Sequence record: PZ496581.1
Reading direction: 5' to 3' (one strand)
DNA from: a phage
DNA: 64,000 nt
Part shown: piece by piece, positions 35,750 through 46,613 of the stretch
How positions within the stretch are numbered: position 1 is the stretch's first letter
Layout of the letters: each line of letters opens with the position of its first letter
Made by a program: the position numbers and the translations under genes
Notes under the pieces: model-generated
What the model saw: only the letters and a program-made list of their open reading frames with translations
Database searches by the model: none
Told to the model about the DNA's origin: nothing

Positions 35750-37419
35750 TGATGAGTGATATCGCCACCGATTGGACGATAGGAAACACCAGTTTCTTTA
35801 TCAGTTAGTACCCATTTACCAGGATTTTTTGTAATCAGAGTAGCCGTTACAGGTTCTGCTACGTCATAACTAATAGAGCCGTCCTGAAGTACACGGCCCA
35901 TGTTACGTAATTGCTTAGTCAGAAGTTCCATACCTTTATAATATGCGGCTACCGCTTTAAGTGGATTATTCTTGAAATAACCACCTAATGCAATCCAGAT
36001 AATTGCCACTGCCAAATGATGATACTCGTTAAACGAACTCATCTTTCCATATTTGTAAACTAATGGATTGATGTTAATAGTCACATTACAAGTTGTTTCA
36101 TCAATAGTAAACTGTCCCCAGGTCGGATTAGCATTGAATTCATCATAACCTGAAACAGCATAAAGCACTTTAGCTTCATCATACAATTTTGGCCCGTAAA
36201 TCTTGGTTTCGCCAAAATATCCACGAGGGTCGATAAACTTGACTTCGCCGTTATCAGTAATCATAGTATTACTGAAGTTCGGGTCACCATGAATAACAGA
36301 GTACTGTCCCTGAGAACGGTTATGATAACGAATAAGATGTTCTAAAGCTTGTTTCAACATTGGCTTCAGACGTCCAATCTTAGTGTAGTTCACATGTGTG
36401 ATTTTACCAAATGAATCAATCAATGGTTGAATGCTTTCACAACGATCAATAACTTTCGTATAGAATTCTTTAGTGAAATCACGACGAACAGTTTCAGGAC
36501 TTACAAAATAAGTGTCTGTGCTGAATTTCAGTGCATCTAAAATTGCATCAACAATTTGTGGACGAGCAAGACTTGATTTGGATTTAATATATTCAAATGC
36601 TGGCTTACCTTTAATGCGTTCCATTTCAAAGTTATTTTCATTAACAGAAACTAACTGAGGAACTGAATCTGATTTCACTTTAAGATACCACGAAATCTCA
36701 TCTTTCTGAAGAGCTCGTCCCTGTTCGGTTAATGCGAATTTAGTTACAGTTTCTTCACCAATTTCAACTGCATTAAAACTACGATTAAGTTCACGAACTT
36801 CATGAGCTTTTTCAAGTTTAGGCATATCACCTAAATCAATTAGATTCATAAGCTCTGATTTATTGAATGCGCTGGCGTAAAGGAATTCTACGAAATCACG
36901 TCCTTTGCAGTATTCATGAATTTCTTCATCAGTAGAACCCATATAGAATTCCCAGTCTTTGAACTGATAAATTCCTACAACATTACCACCTGTTGAACCT
37001 ACGTTAGTGATATTTTCACCGTCGAAATTATATCGACATTCGTCACCCTTAACATAGATTGCGTTAACATTCCAAGACCATGAACCAAAATCAGGAATAA
37101 TATCACACCAGTTAACAATTACATTATGGCCGTCTAAATCTTTGTGTAATTTAGCAAGAGCATAAGCAGAACCATACGCTTCATCAACTGTACGAATAGT
37201 CACATTGAACCCTTCTTGCTCACAATAAGCTCGAACAGTTTCAGCAAATTTTGAATGAACTACTACAATAATTTCATCTGCGCCAAGGTCAGAATAAATT
37301 GTATACAAATTGCTCAGAATAGTGTCTTGTTTATAATTCACAAGAACTTTTGGAATATGATGCGTTATTGGATACAAACGAGTTGCCAGTCCAGCACCAA
37401 GAATAACAGCTTTTTTCAT
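35734..37419 (-). CDS. bifunctional sugar-phosphate nucleotidyltransferase / APH-like kinase
   Basis: 561 aa; N-terminal AVILGAGLATRL...PKVLV; C-terminal HGDPNFSN...IDPRG. Confidence 0.65.
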   Translation of the reverse strand: MKKAVILGAGLATRLYPITHHIPKVLVNYKQDTILSNLYTIYSDLGADEIIVVVHSKFAETVRAYCEQEGFNVTIRTVDEAYGSAYALAKLHKDLDGHNVIVNWCDIIPDFGSWSWNVNAIYVKGDECRYNFDGENITNVGSTGGNVVGIYQFKDWEFYMGSTDEEIHEYCKGRDFVEFLYASAFNKSELMNLIDLGDMPKLEKAHEVRELNRSFNAVEIGEETVTKFALTEQGRALQKDEISWYLKVKSDSVPQLVSVNENNFEMERIKGKPAFEYIKSKSSLARPQIVDAILDALKFSTDTYFVSPETVRRDFTKEFYTKVIDRCESIQPLIDSFGKITHVNYTKIGRLKPMLKQALEHLIRYHNRSQGQYSVIHGDPNFSNTMITDNGEVKFIDPRGYFGETKIYGPKLYDEAKVLYAVSGYDEFNANPTWGQFTIDETTCNVTININPLVYKYGKMSSFNEYHHLAVAIIWIALGGYFKNNPLKAVAAYYKGMELLTKQLRNMGRVLQDGSISYDVAEPVTATLITKNPGKWVLTDKETGVSYRPIGGDITHQWERI

Positions 37420-37600
37420 GTTGAAGTCCTCATTGGTAAGTAGGAGTATTGTACACTATTCTAGTTAAAGCATTCATACTTTGCTTGTAGTCCAATCATA
37501 ATCCATCCAATTACAAGTGTTGGAATCATTACCGGAGCCGTTAAGCTCCAGTAGATAGTCATGACAAGCATCAATAGTAAAAGTCCTATTGTTATTGCTT

Positions 37601-38236
37601 TCATTGTTCGCCTCGTAACATGGCACCTAGTGCACCGCCTGGATGGAACTTAAGGAAATCATTAGAGGTAAATCCACGTTCAGACGAAAGGTTGATAGCA
37701 AACGTATCGATAAGTGCTAACAACAATGTAGTGGACATCGTCGGAGCTAAAGAGTTCTCGTCAACTTCTACCGCGATACCGGTGCAGAACGTATAATCAA
37801 AAAGAGCTTCGTATTCTTGTGGAATGTCAGGGTTACAATGTAACAGAATCTGTTTAACCTGAGGACGAATCATACGAAGATGTTTAGCAACACCTATCAT
37901 TTCTTCAGTCTTACCAGAACGACTGATGTGAACTAATACATCATTAGGTGCAATAAATCCTGCGTCACCATGAGAATAATGCCCGGTGTTCAAATACATG
38001 CTAGGAATACCTAGTGAAGCAAAAGTCTCGGAAGCTTTAGTTGCGATATTAGCATTCTTACCAACACCTGTAATAATTACCCGGCTTTCATAATTACTAA
38101 GTCCAGGGCGTCGAAGAGTTTCTAGAATAGCATTATAACGAGCAGGGTTTTGACTAATTACTTTAGCCATAGTGGCAAGAGATGAAGCTTGTTTTACGAT
38201 TGCGTCAATAGCGATAGTAATAGGAGTAGTTTTCAT
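37601..38236 (-). CDS. SIS-domain sugar-phosphate isomerase (arabinose-5-phosphate isomerase-like)
   Basis: 211 aa; VIITGVGKN, HISRSGKTEE, APTMSTT, FHPGGALG align with KdsD/GutQ SIS domain as recalled; no CBS domains. Confidence 0.75.
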   Translation of the reverse strand: MKTTPITIAIDAIVKQASSLATMAKVISQNPARYNAILETLRRPGLSNYESRVIITGVGKNANIATKASETFASLGIPSMYLNTGHYSHGDAGFIAPNDVLVHISRSGKTEEMIGVAKHLRMIRPQVKQILLHCNPDIPQEYEALFDYTFCTGIAVEVDENSLAPTMSTTLLLALIDTFAINLSSERGFTSNDFLKFHPGGALGAMLRGEQ

Positions 38237-38276
38237 ATTTCTCTCATTTAATTAGTTGGCCGTCCTTGGCATTATA

Positions 38277-40988
38277 TCAAAAATCAAACATATCGAACAG
38301 AGATGCTTTCTTCTCGTAATCGAGTTTAGCTGCTGATGTGAATCCTTCAAGTGGTTTAATAAATGTCTTCTCAAGGAGAACAGTGTAGTCCATCCAATGA
38401 AGTACATCGTCTTTAATTAAATCTGTGATTTCAGTACCAGAAGGCCATGCGATACATTTATCACCGAATGGGTTTCCTTCACGTAAAGGCAGAACATATA
38501 CTTTTTCACCTTCTACAACTTGCGGTGCATCGATATTACCTTTGATAGCCCGGTTATACGTCAGAATTCCACGAATATGGAACGGGCATTTGGGACCAGG
38601 GAATCCACCGACGTCATATTTAGCAATGTTATTCGCAGAAGATACCGACGCGATGCTAATATAATTCAACTGACGGAATTCTTTTTCAAACTCTTTAAAA
38701 TATTCTTGTAATGATTCTTCACCTTCCTGAAGCATACGACGAATACATTCCTTAAGAGCTTTCTGTACTGCTTTAGGAGTCGAAGATTTCTGTGTTTCGA
38801 GACCCATGATTTTAAGCTTAGGTTCAGCGTATCTGGTTCCTTCCATATCCCATACATTCAAGGCATAACGTTTCTTACCTGTCCAAAATCCGCCAATACC
38901 TTTAGAACCAAGCGGAGGCCCAGCGATAGCTTCTCGGTCCATGAACATTAAGTGTTGTTTATTGTTCATGTATTCACACATTTCACGGAAACCTCTATCA
39001 ATAGCTGGTTCCATACGTTCACGTGCAAACTTATCTAAGAAGTCTACCCAATGGTTGGTATCACGGAATTTAGATTCACCAACCTTATCGATAATTTTAT
39101 CGGCAGATACGTAAATAGAGTCTGTATCACCATAAAGAACGAAAGCTTCACCTTCTGTACCACAAACTTCATTCAGATATTCATTAACTTTACGTTCAAT
39201 CCACTGTAAAGCCATTTGTCCGAATGTTGTGATTGCAGTAGCATTACGCAAATCATAATAACGGAACCAAACGTTTCCAAGTGCACCATAAAGTGAGTTG
39301 ATGAGCAATTTACGGTTAATTTGTGCAGTCATACCTGCAACTTCAGTACGTTGAGCTCTAAACAACATTTCATTAAGAGATTTAGCAGACAACTTTTTAA
39401 TCTTTTCTTTAATCTCATCGCTGAAGTCGAAACGATAATCAACATCTAATGGTTCGTCAACAGAAAGATTAGGATTATGCAATGCCTCTTTAATTATTTC
39501 ACCATTACGTTGAGCTGCAAGCATGTAACCTTTATGTTCTTTACGTTGATTAAAGACCTTAGTGATTTCAGTTGGAACTACACCATCACGGTCTTTATAA
39601 TACATCATGCCGTTAGGAGAACAACTGTACACATCTGAAGGACGTTCAGCGATTGCGTTAATATAATCATGCAATGGAGCTACTTTAAACGTTCCTGCTA
39701 TTGTTTCCGGGCTAATATTCACTTGGCGAATAATACTTGGATACAGAGATGTAAGGTCGAAACTCATTACATATTTGTATCGATTTGGAATAGGTTCCTT
39801 AACAAAAGCGCCAGGATAAGGTTGAACCGGGTGAGAACGACCTTGTGGAATCACCTTGTTCTGTTCTTTAAGGCTATTAAAAATAATAGCATCCCATGTT
39901 TTAATTGGGCCAAACACAGATTGAATCTGTATCTTAGCATAATAACCCATGTCCAAACTCAAGTTGATGAACTGACGCTTAGCATCAATTTGCAATACAC
40001 GATACACATCGATAATGTTATAAGAAATATATCGTTGGTGATTGCTTTCACGAAGTTTAGAAATAGGGCCGTCATATTTCAGTTTACCAACGTTCAATTC
40101 AAATTCTGAAATGTAATCCAGAGAATACGATGGTTGATTGGTAAAAGAGAATTTTTTGTAAAGGTCAATGTAATCAAGAACAGAGATACCGAACAATGTA
40201 ATGATTTCACGAGAACCATACATGTTTTCGATAACTTTAACACGAGTTTTACGATGTGGTGATAAACGTTTCGCAGTAGATTCGCCAAAAATATTCTTGA
40301 TTCGGTTATACACATATGGAATATCGAATGACTCAACGTTCCATCCAGTCAAAATGACAGGAGTTTTCTGTTGCCAGAAGTTGAGATATTCCATCAACAA
40401 TTCTTTTTCGTTATCGAACGGTATATAAATGATTTTATCGATAATTTCGGATGGAACTTCATCACCACCTTGTTCTTGAAGCTTAGCCGCAATTTCGATA
40501 GACCATTCTTCTACATTACCATACGGAGAATTCAATAGATCAAATACGTAGAACCTGTCGTCAATTGAGTCATAATGGGTGATAGCATCAATCGGATGTT
40601 TTGCTTGTGATGGCTCAGGGAACCCATCCGGAGATGTTACTTCGATGTCGAAGTTAGCCACACGAATTTTTGTATGGTCGTATTTGATTTCATAGTTATA
40701 AGTGTCAGACAAATACGCCAATTTGAAATCGTCCATACCAAGTGCTTCAAGTCCGATATCTTCCATGCGTTTAATCCATTGGGAGGCATCACGCATATTA
40801 GCGAACAACTTACGAGTACACGGCTTACCGTAGATATCGAAATATTTCGTAGCCTGACTTTCTGGACAATGAGCAAACAGTGATGGTTTATATTCTACTT
40901 CACGAGTACGTTCACGGCCATTAGAATCGATGTAACGTTCAAAAATTGAATCACCAATCTGTTCAACCGTTAAGTAAAATTCTTTCAT
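38277..40988 (-). CDS. 43: DNA polymerase (family B)
   Basis: 903 aa; exo FDIE, polymerase YGDTDS; MKEFYLTVEQ start. Confidence 0.95.
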   Translation of the reverse strand: MKEFYLTVEQIGDSIFERYIDSNGRERTREVEYKPSLFAHCPESQATKYFDIYGKPCTRKLFANMRDASQWIKRMEDIGLEALGMDDFKLAYLSDTYNYEIKYDHTKIRVANFDIEVTSPDGFPEPSQAKHPIDAITHYDSIDDRFYVFDLLNSPYGNVEEWSIEIAAKLQEQGGDEVPSEIIDKIIYIPFDNEKELLMEYLNFWQQKTPVILTGWNVESFDIPYVYNRIKNIFGESTAKRLSPHRKTRVKVIENMYGSREIITLFGISVLDYIDLYKKFSFTNQPSYSLDYISEFELNVGKLKYDGPISKLRESNHQRYISYNIIDVYRVLQIDAKRQFINLSLDMGYYAKIQIQSVFGPIKTWDAIIFNSLKEQNKVIPQGRSHPVQPYPGAFVKEPIPNRYKYVMSFDLTSLYPSIIRQVNISPETIAGTFKVAPLHDYINAIAERPSDVYSCSPNGMMYYKDRDGVVPTEITKVFNQRKEHKGYMLAAQRNGEIIKEALHNPNLSVDEPLDVDYRFDFSDEIKEKIKKLSAKSLNEMLFRAQRTEVAGMTAQINRKLLINSLYGALGNVWFRYYDLRNATAITTFGQMALQWIERKVNEYLNEVCGTEGEAFVLYGDTDSIYVSADKIIDKVGESKFRDTNHWVDFLDKFARERMEPAIDRGFREMCEYMNNKQHLMFMDREAIAGPPLGSKGIGGFWTGKKRYALNVWDMEGTRYAEPKLKIMGLETQKSSTPKAVQKALKECIRRMLQEGEESLQEYFKEFEKEFRQLNYISIASVSSANNIAKYDVGGFPGPKCPFHIRGILTYNRAIKGNIDAPQVVEGEKVYVLPLREGNPFGDKCIAWPSGTEITDLIKDDVLHWMDYTVLLEKTFIKPLEGFTSAAKLDYEKKASLFDMFDF

Positions 40989-41040
40989 TTAATTTCCTTT
41001 AGACGAGTTATTGTCTTTTGTTTGTTGATGAACTTATTAT

Positions 41041-41060
41041 ACTCCAAATGGGACCGAAGT
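41041..41060 (-). promoter_or_regulatory. hairpin in regA-43 intergenic leader (terminator or translational operator)
   Basis: GGGAC-UUCG-GUCCC ~55 nt upstream of gene 43 start; weak U tract. Confidence 0.35.
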
Positions 41061-41069
41061 CCCATTGCT

Positions 41070-41438
41070 TTAATTACCAATTGTATATTTTGCTTTCAAA
41101 GTCCAGTCATCTTTCTGTTTAAAAGAGATAACACGGAAGTTATTAGTCAGGCCAAACAGATCTTCACGAGCAGAGTCTTCAATAACAATCAAGCCCCAGT
41201 CTTCAAGCAACTGAGCAATCGAATCACGTCGCTGATAGTCTTCACCATCAATATCAACCTGACGTCCGTCCATACGCAGCATTTCTTTAAAGTGGACGAT
41301 GTAATATTTACCTTGCTTTTGGAGGATATGACAGGACTGATAAAGAACTTTATCCTTGTTATTAGCGATGCCCATACGGGTCAGAGTCTCTTTGACTTTC
41401 AGAAAATCTTCGGGGTTCTTCAATTTAATTTCGATCAT
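41070..41438 (-). CDS. regA: translational repressor RegA
   Basis: Trimmed to MIEIKLK..., 122 aa; near-identical to T4 RegA as recalled. Confidence 0.9.
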   Translation of the reverse strand: MIEIKLKNPEDFLKVKETLTRMGIANNKDKVLYQSCHILQKQGKYYIVHFKEMLRMDGRQVDIDGEDYQRRDSIAQLLEDWGLIVIEDSAREDLFGLTNNFRVISFKQKDDWTLKAKYTIGN

Positions 41439-41440
41439 TT

Positions 41441-42004
41441 TTACCATTCCAATGCTAATTTTTTAAATTGTTTTTGTTCTTTCACATTTTTTGTAACTTC
41501 TTTGAGAAACTCATCAGTGACCATGGCCTTCAGTTCTTTAAGGACTATTGGCAACTTGTTATTTTTTTCAAGGAGCCGCTTATACTCGGTAGCATCATTC
41601 ATGTTGATTGTGTAATGTTTCATCAACAGTTTGATAACTAGTAACTCTGAAGTGTCTTCGACTAGTTTAGCCCATTTAGAGAATCGTCGGCCACGTGGAA
41701 TTGCCGCCATCATATAGTTGAAGTGCGCTTCATCACTTAATTCAGAACCGACTAAGTTCATCATGTAAACGGCTGGCATACATTCTGGGAACTGGGATAA
41801 TGAGTTCTCAACCATAAATTTTGAGTAGTCGACCTGAGCAATTGACATAGATTTCTTTTCATTAATAGCATTAATGATTTTAAAGAATTCATTCTCAGGT
41901 TTTTCTTTAAACATGTCAGCACATTTTTGAATCGCATCAGCGTCGTTAGACTTCCATGCAATTTGGTGCTCGTTAAGTTGGACGTCATCATCAAATAAGT
42001 TCAT
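41441..42004 (-). CDS. 62: clamp loader small subunit
   Basis: 187 aa; T4 gp62 size and position. Confidence 0.8.
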   Translation of the reverse strand: MNLFDDDVQLNEHQIAWKSNDADAIQKCADMFKEKPENEFFKIINAINEKKSMSIAQVDYSKFMVENSLSQFPECMPAVYMMNLVGSELSDEAHFNYMMAAIPRGRRFSKWAKLVEDTSELLVIKLLMKHYTINMNDATEYKRLLEKNNKLPIVLKELKAMVTDEFLKEVTKNVKEQKQFKKLALEW

Positions 42005-42005
42005 A

Positions 42006-42968
42006 TTATTTCCAAGTCAGTTCGCAGGTCAGTTGAAGAAGCATATACATAACATGTAATTCAATATTACTTGCTAATCCATGAAACTTATTATTTTCGC
42101 CTGCAATTTCATAAAGCGAAATAATACTTTTACCTGGTGCAACTTTGTCATAACACTCAGAAACTAATTTATCGATGAACCATGAATAATCAGCGGCATA
42201 TTTTGGAGCTAACGCACGAAGCTGTTTGATATCTTTATTTTTCATTGCTTCTATGACATCATCTACCGTGCCACGATCATTGGTTACAATCGACAAAATA
42301 CCTGCATCAAGAACACCTTTAGACGAGTACTGGTCTAATTGACCAATTGTACGTCGAAAGTCCGGGAAGTTCTTTTTAACCAGAGCTGCAACAACTTTCA
42401 TATCAGCGATTTCGATATTTTCATTCTTACAGATTTCAACCATACGATGAATCATTTTCTTCATCATTGAGATTTTATCTTCTTCGGTTGGACGTCCGAA
42501 TTCGATAACTCGACAACGACTACGTAATGGTTCAATAATTCCATCGATGTTGTTGGCAGTAATAATAATAGAACAGTTACTAGAGAATTCTTCCATGAAT
42601 GTACGAAGGTGACGTTGTGATTCGGCGAGGCCACTACGGTCAAATTCATCAATAACAATAACTTTAGGTTTGCCTTCCATTGAGACTGAACGAGCGAATG
42701 CAGTTAACGGACCACGCACAAAATCAATCTTACAATCAGAACCGTTGACGAACATCATTTCGGCATTGATATCATTACATAATGCTTTTGCTACGGTTGT
42801 TTTACCTGTACCAGGAGAAGGAGAGTGCAAAATAATATGAGGAAGTTTTCCTTTAGATACTAAAGACTTGAATGTTTCATGGTCATACGCGGGCAGAATA
42901 CATTCGTCAATGGAAGAAGGACGATATTTCTGTTCTAGAATGTGTTCTTTGGAATTGATAGTAATCAT
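42006..42968 (-). CDS. 44: clamp loader large subunit (AAA+)
   Basis: 320 aa; Walker [11 protein letters not shown], Walker B VIVIDEFD, sensor SRC. Confidence 0.9.
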   Translation of the reverse strand: MITINSKEHILEQKYRPSSIDECILPAYDHETFKSLVSKGKLPHIILHSPSPGTGKTTVAKALCNDINAEMMFVNGSDCKIDFVRGPLTAFARSVSMEGKPKVIVIDEFDRSGLAESQRHLRTFMEEFSSNCSIIITANNIDGIIEPLRSRCRVIEFGRPTEEDKISMMKKMIHRMVEICKNENIEIADMKVVAALVKKNFPDFRRTIGQLDQYSSKGVLDAGILSIVTNDRGTVDDVIEAMKNKDIKQLRALAPKYAADYSWFIDKLVSECYDKVAPGKSIISLYEIAGENNKFHGLASNIELHVMYMLLQLTCELTWK

Positions 42969-43043
42969 GTAATTTTCCTCATTATCATTAAACTGGAGGA
43001 TTTCTCCTCCATAATCGTATCACAATAAACGTAAAGCTTTGAC

Positions 43044-43730
43044 TTAGAAGTCGTGAGTAGAATCGGCTTCCATCGCAATAACATAACTTACTTGAGAGCT
43101 TTCAAACTTGGCTGCAACTTTATCACCAGCTCCCCACAACATTACTTTATAGTTACCTGGCTGGATTTTCATATTAGCCATATTGATTACGAAGTTAAAG
43201 TTGTTAGAACCATCATAATCGGTAAGAGTTAAAGAATACTTAGGACGAGTTAGTCCAGAATCTTCAACTTTATTATAGCCATTGATAACAATTTTACCAT
43301 CTTTATTTGTAATAGCAATTGTATCAATCTGAAGACCACGTGAAACTCGAAGCAATTGTTGAAGGTCTTCAACTTTAATTTCAGTAATCACAGAAGCCAC
43401 TGGGAATTGAATTGGCTTATTAGGAAAAACAATGGTGCTCTTGTCGGCAGCAGGCCAATAAACTGTGGAACGTGTATCTGCAATTTTAATATTGCCATCA
43501 GTGTGCATTGAAATTTCAGCATCATCAGACACTAGACTCAAAATGCTTAAGAAGCTATTCAAATCATAAAGTGCTACGTCAAAATCAATTTCATCAGAGA
43601 TATTTGCTTCCGCATAAGTGGTGCCATTAACTGCACGAGTCATAATAAATTTACCTTGACTCAGCAGAATGCCAGAGTTAATAGAGGCAAAGTTTTTCAG
43701 AATAGCGATAGTATCTTTAGACAGTTTCAT
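43044..43730 (-). CDS. 45: sliding clamp
   Basis: Trimmed to MKLSKDT..., 228 aa; T4 gp45 size and position. Confidence 0.9.
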   Translation of the reverse strand: MKLSKDTIAILKNFASINSGILLSQGKFIMTRAVNGTTYAEANISDEIDFDVALYDLNSFLSILSLVSDDAEISMHTDGNIKIADTRSTVYWPAADKSTIVFPNKPIQFPVASVITEIKVEDLQQLLRVSRGLQIDTIAITNKDGKIVINGYNKVEDSGLTRPKYSLTLTDYDGSNNFNFVINMANMKIQPGNYKVMLWGAGDKVAAKFESSQVSYVIAMEADSTHDF

Positions 43731-43772
43731 TTTATTTCCTTTCAAGACAATTCAAAGTTTATAACAAATTTA

Positions 43773-44189
43773 TTATGCAGCAACCATCTGCTTTTTAATA
43801 GCTTCAGGCAGTGATTCAATATATTCTGGAATTTTAGAAGCAACAATTTCGCCAGCTGCAATTAGTTGTTCGTCGGCATCAACACAGTAGAAATCTTCTA
43901 GACGCTCAGAACCATCTTTATCAAGAACGATTTTTCCGCCGGCTTCAATAGAATCTTTATAGTGCTTACGCATCAGATGAATCCACATATCAGATACATC
44001 GTTATCAATAAAACCATAAATCATAAAACGAGTTTCTTGTGGCAAAGATTGGAGTTTTTTAGCACTTGCGTCATCACAATGCAGGACCCATGCTTTACGA
44101 ACACGATTATGGTTATGTGGGTTAGCGTCAGTACGGATAGAAGTAACTTTCAGATCAGCAGCAGTGAAACCTTTAGCAGTAGTAAACAT
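43773..44189 (-). CDS. hypothetical protein (rpbA position)
   Basis: 138 aa ORF between 45 and 46. Confidence 0.45.
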   Translation of the reverse strand: MFTTAKGFTAADLKVTSIRTDANPHNHNRVRKAWVLHCDDASAKKLQSLPQETRFMIYGFIDNDVSDMWIHLMRKHYKDSIEAGGKIVLDKDGSERLEDFYCVDADEQLIAAGEIVASKIPEYIESLPEAIKKQMVAA

Positions 44190-44201
44190 ATTATTTCTCT
44201 C

Positions 44202-44402
44202 TTATTCGTAGAAGTCGGTAACTGTCCATGCAGAATTGCGATTAGACGTTATTTTATTATACTCATCTTTAAAAGCAGATTTGAGCATTTGTTCAGTAAC
44301 AATATGTTCTTCACCTGAAAACGTATTGGTCAAAACATATTTTTTAATTTCAGGGGCAACTAGAAGATGTTGTCCGGTTGAATACTCCATGTTGTTCTCC
44401 AT
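44202..44402 (-). CDS. hypothetical protein (45.2 position)
   Basis: 66 aa ORF. Confidence 0.4.
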   Translation of the reverse strand: MENNMEYSTGQHLLVAPEIKKYVLTNTFSGEEHIVTEQMLKSAFKDEYNKITSNRNSAWTVTDFYE

Positions 44403-44444
44403 TTAATTTGATGTGGTCATTATAACCACATCGTGTTAAAGCGT

Positions 44445-46133
44445 TTATGAAACAGTCATTACCGTAAATCGTCCAACTTTGCTCATTTGAAGATGTTGTC
44501 CATAACGTTGAGGGTCATGGTCTCGATGAGAGATAATGAACACGTTAGTATTTTGTAAACTTCCAAGAATAGTATCTATAGCCTTAACAGCTTCAGAATC
44601 TACAGCGCCGTCAAAAACCTCATCAAGAATCAACGTGTTGATTTTAACACCAGAGACCTTTTCAGCAATATCTCGCCATGTAAACAACAATGCGATATCG
44701 ATACGCGCTTTTTCGCCTTGACTAAATGAAGCATAACTAAAATCTTCACGGCCACGTGATTTTATAGATTCATTGAATTCTTCGTCAATAGAAAACACGT
44801 AATCAGCTTCCATGATTTTAAGATAATGGTTAATCTGCTTGTTGAACAGAGGCACATATTTTTTAATGATAGCACCTTTAATACCAGAATCTTTTAACAT
44901 ATCTGTGATAATACCACGATGGTATTTTTCAAGAACGATATCTGATTTTGTTTTAATGATTTTATCAAGTTCTTTTTGAAGCAAAGCTATCTCATCGGCA
45001 TGGTCGATAAATTCAGCCGAGGCTTGTTCTATTGCAGCTTTAACTTTCTTAGCTTTATCAATAGTGGCAATCATTGCTTGTTTCTTGGTACGAATATCAG
45101 ATGCAAGGTCCTGTTTAGTCTTAACATTAGCTCTATATTCGTCCACTAGGACACTCAGATTATCTCTGTGACATGTAAGTTGCTCGAATGAGTGATTACA
45201 TTCGTGAAGCTTATCGGTAATCTTAGAGACAATAGGATCACCCTGGTGCAACTGTGATGCACAAGTAGGACATGTACCACCATCATGATACATCTTAATA
45301 ACTTTGTTATATGAGTCAATTTTAGATTTAATCAAGAATGCTTCTTGTCCGATCTTGTTGAACGCCTCAGTAGGGTCTTCGTCAAGAACGATATTAAGTA
45401 GACGCTCGTTAGCTTCTTCAATTTCTGCTTTTAATGAACGAGCTTCTTTGGCTAGGTCGTCATACATATTCTGTAGACGCGCTACATTATCACCAGATAA
45501 TTTCTTTTGACGTTCGATATTCTCGTTATAAATCTTAATTTGTTGGATAACACCATCTTTCTTGGCATCGAGAACTTGTCCCTGGGAATTAAGTTCTCGA
45601 ACTTGAGACTTATTGATTTTATCCATTTCAGCGAGTGTGCCGACTTCTAAAAGGTCTTCGACAAGTTTTCTACGAGCAGGGGTGCTAAGAGCCATGAAAG
45701 GGGTATACCCTGCCGTCCCAAGCACAACGATTTGTTTAAAAGACGCGTATGACATTCCGATGCTACGTTCAAATTCTTCTTGGAAGTCACGACTGCTGGC
45801 AGATTCATCAAGACGAACACCGTCAACGGAGATTTCGAAAATATTGGGCTTTTGGCCACGTCTAATGAAGTATTTTTTATCATCGAATTCCATCCAAAGC
45901 TCAACTAAGAGCTCTTTCTTGTTCGTGCTATTAATGATTTGTCCTTTCTTAACATCACGAAATGGTTTACCGAAAAGTCCGAAAGTAATGGCTTCTAACA
46001 TCGTAGATTTACCACCGCCATTTTTACCAGTGATTAATGTCTTTTGGACTTTATCTAATTGGATATCAATAGGATTCCCACCTACCGACATGATGTTTTG
46101 ATAACGAACACGATTTAATTTAAATGATTTCAT
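44445..46133 (-). CDS. 46: recombination nuclease ATPase subunit (Rad50/SbcC-like)
   Basis: 562 aa; Walker A GKNGGGKST, signature SQGEKAR, Walker B LILDEVFDG. Confidence 0.9.
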   Translation of the reverse strand: MKSFKLNRVRYQNIMSVGGNPIDIQLDKVQKTLITGKNGGGKSTMLEAITFGLFGKPFRDVKKGQIINSTNKKELLVELWMEFDDKKYFIRRGQKPNIFEISVDGVRLDESASSRDFQEEFERSIGMSYASFKQIVVLGTAGYTPFMALSTPARRKLVEDLLEVGTLAEMDKINKSQVRELNSQGQVLDAKKDGVIQQIKIYNENIERQKKLSGDNVARLQNMYDDLAKEARSLKAEIEEANERLLNIVLDEDPTEAFNKIGQEAFLIKSKIDSYNKVIKMYHDGGTCPTCASQLHQGDPIVSKITDKLHECNHSFEQLTCHRDNLSVLVDEYRANVKTKQDLASDIRTKKQAMIATIDKAKKVKAAIEQASAEFIDHADEIALLQKELDKIIKTKSDIVLEKYHRGIITDMLKDSGIKGAIIKKYVPLFNKQINHYLKIMEADYVFSIDEEFNESIKSRGREDFSYASFSQGEKARIDIALLFTWRDIAEKVSGVKINTLILDEVFDGAVDSEAVKAIDTILGSLQNTNVFIISHRDHDPQRYGQHLQMSKVGRFTVMTVS

Positions 46134-46384
46134 ATGTATTCTCTTCGAATGAAGTCCTCTACATATTTTAACATGTCATCTCTATCAGCAAAATATTCAT
46201 CTAGTTCCGCATACATAACAACACCTGGTGCATACTCACAGGTAACATACATTGTTCCAAAGAAACGAGGAGTTGATTCCTCGTAATTCTCAGTCCATTC
46301 AACGATACCAATATAACCGTCACCAATACTAAATTCATGACGATGGATTTCATAATCAGTCTTCGTCATTATACGCATCCTCAA
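46130..46384 (-). CDS. hypothetical protein
   Basis: 84 aa ORF. Confidence 0.45.
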   Translation of the reverse strand: MRMRIMTKTDYEIHRHEFSIGDGYIGIVEWTENYEESTPRFFGTMYVTCEYAPGVVMYAELDEYFADRDDMLKYVEDFIRREYI

Positions 46385-46613
46385 TACACGCTTCAGCCAT
46401 TTTAAGAATAGAGCCGGGAGTATCGTTGTCCATTATATTAAAGCTAAATTCAATAGCCCAGTCGGTGCAGACATGAACTGCTTTAACTTCATTGCCTTCA
46501 ACGCGTAATGGCTCAATCCAATACTTGATGGTGTTCTCGAATCCATCATCATCTTTAACGTCTATTTCAACTTCAAGCCCGAGCCCAGCATTGTTAAATT
46601 CATCTAAAGTCAT
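46356..46613 (-). CDS. hypothetical acidic protein
   Basis: 85 aa ORF. Confidence 0.45.
   Translation of the reverse strand: MTLDEFNNAGLGLEVEIDVKDDDGFENTIKYWIEPLRVEGNEVKAVHVCTDWAIEFSFNIMDNDTPGSILKMAEACIEDAYNDED

Noticed and set aside
37441-37460. GTGTAC hexamer that looked like an early-promoter -35
   Set aside because: No -10 element at 17-18 nt spacing; too close to the downstream start codon.
41022-41615. 197-aa plus-strand ORF
   Set aside because: Antisense to regA and gene 62, which have strong homology; no RBS.
45613-46101. 162-aa plus-strand ORF
   Set aside because: Lies entirely antisense within gene 46; Ser/Leu-rich composition typical of antisense frames.
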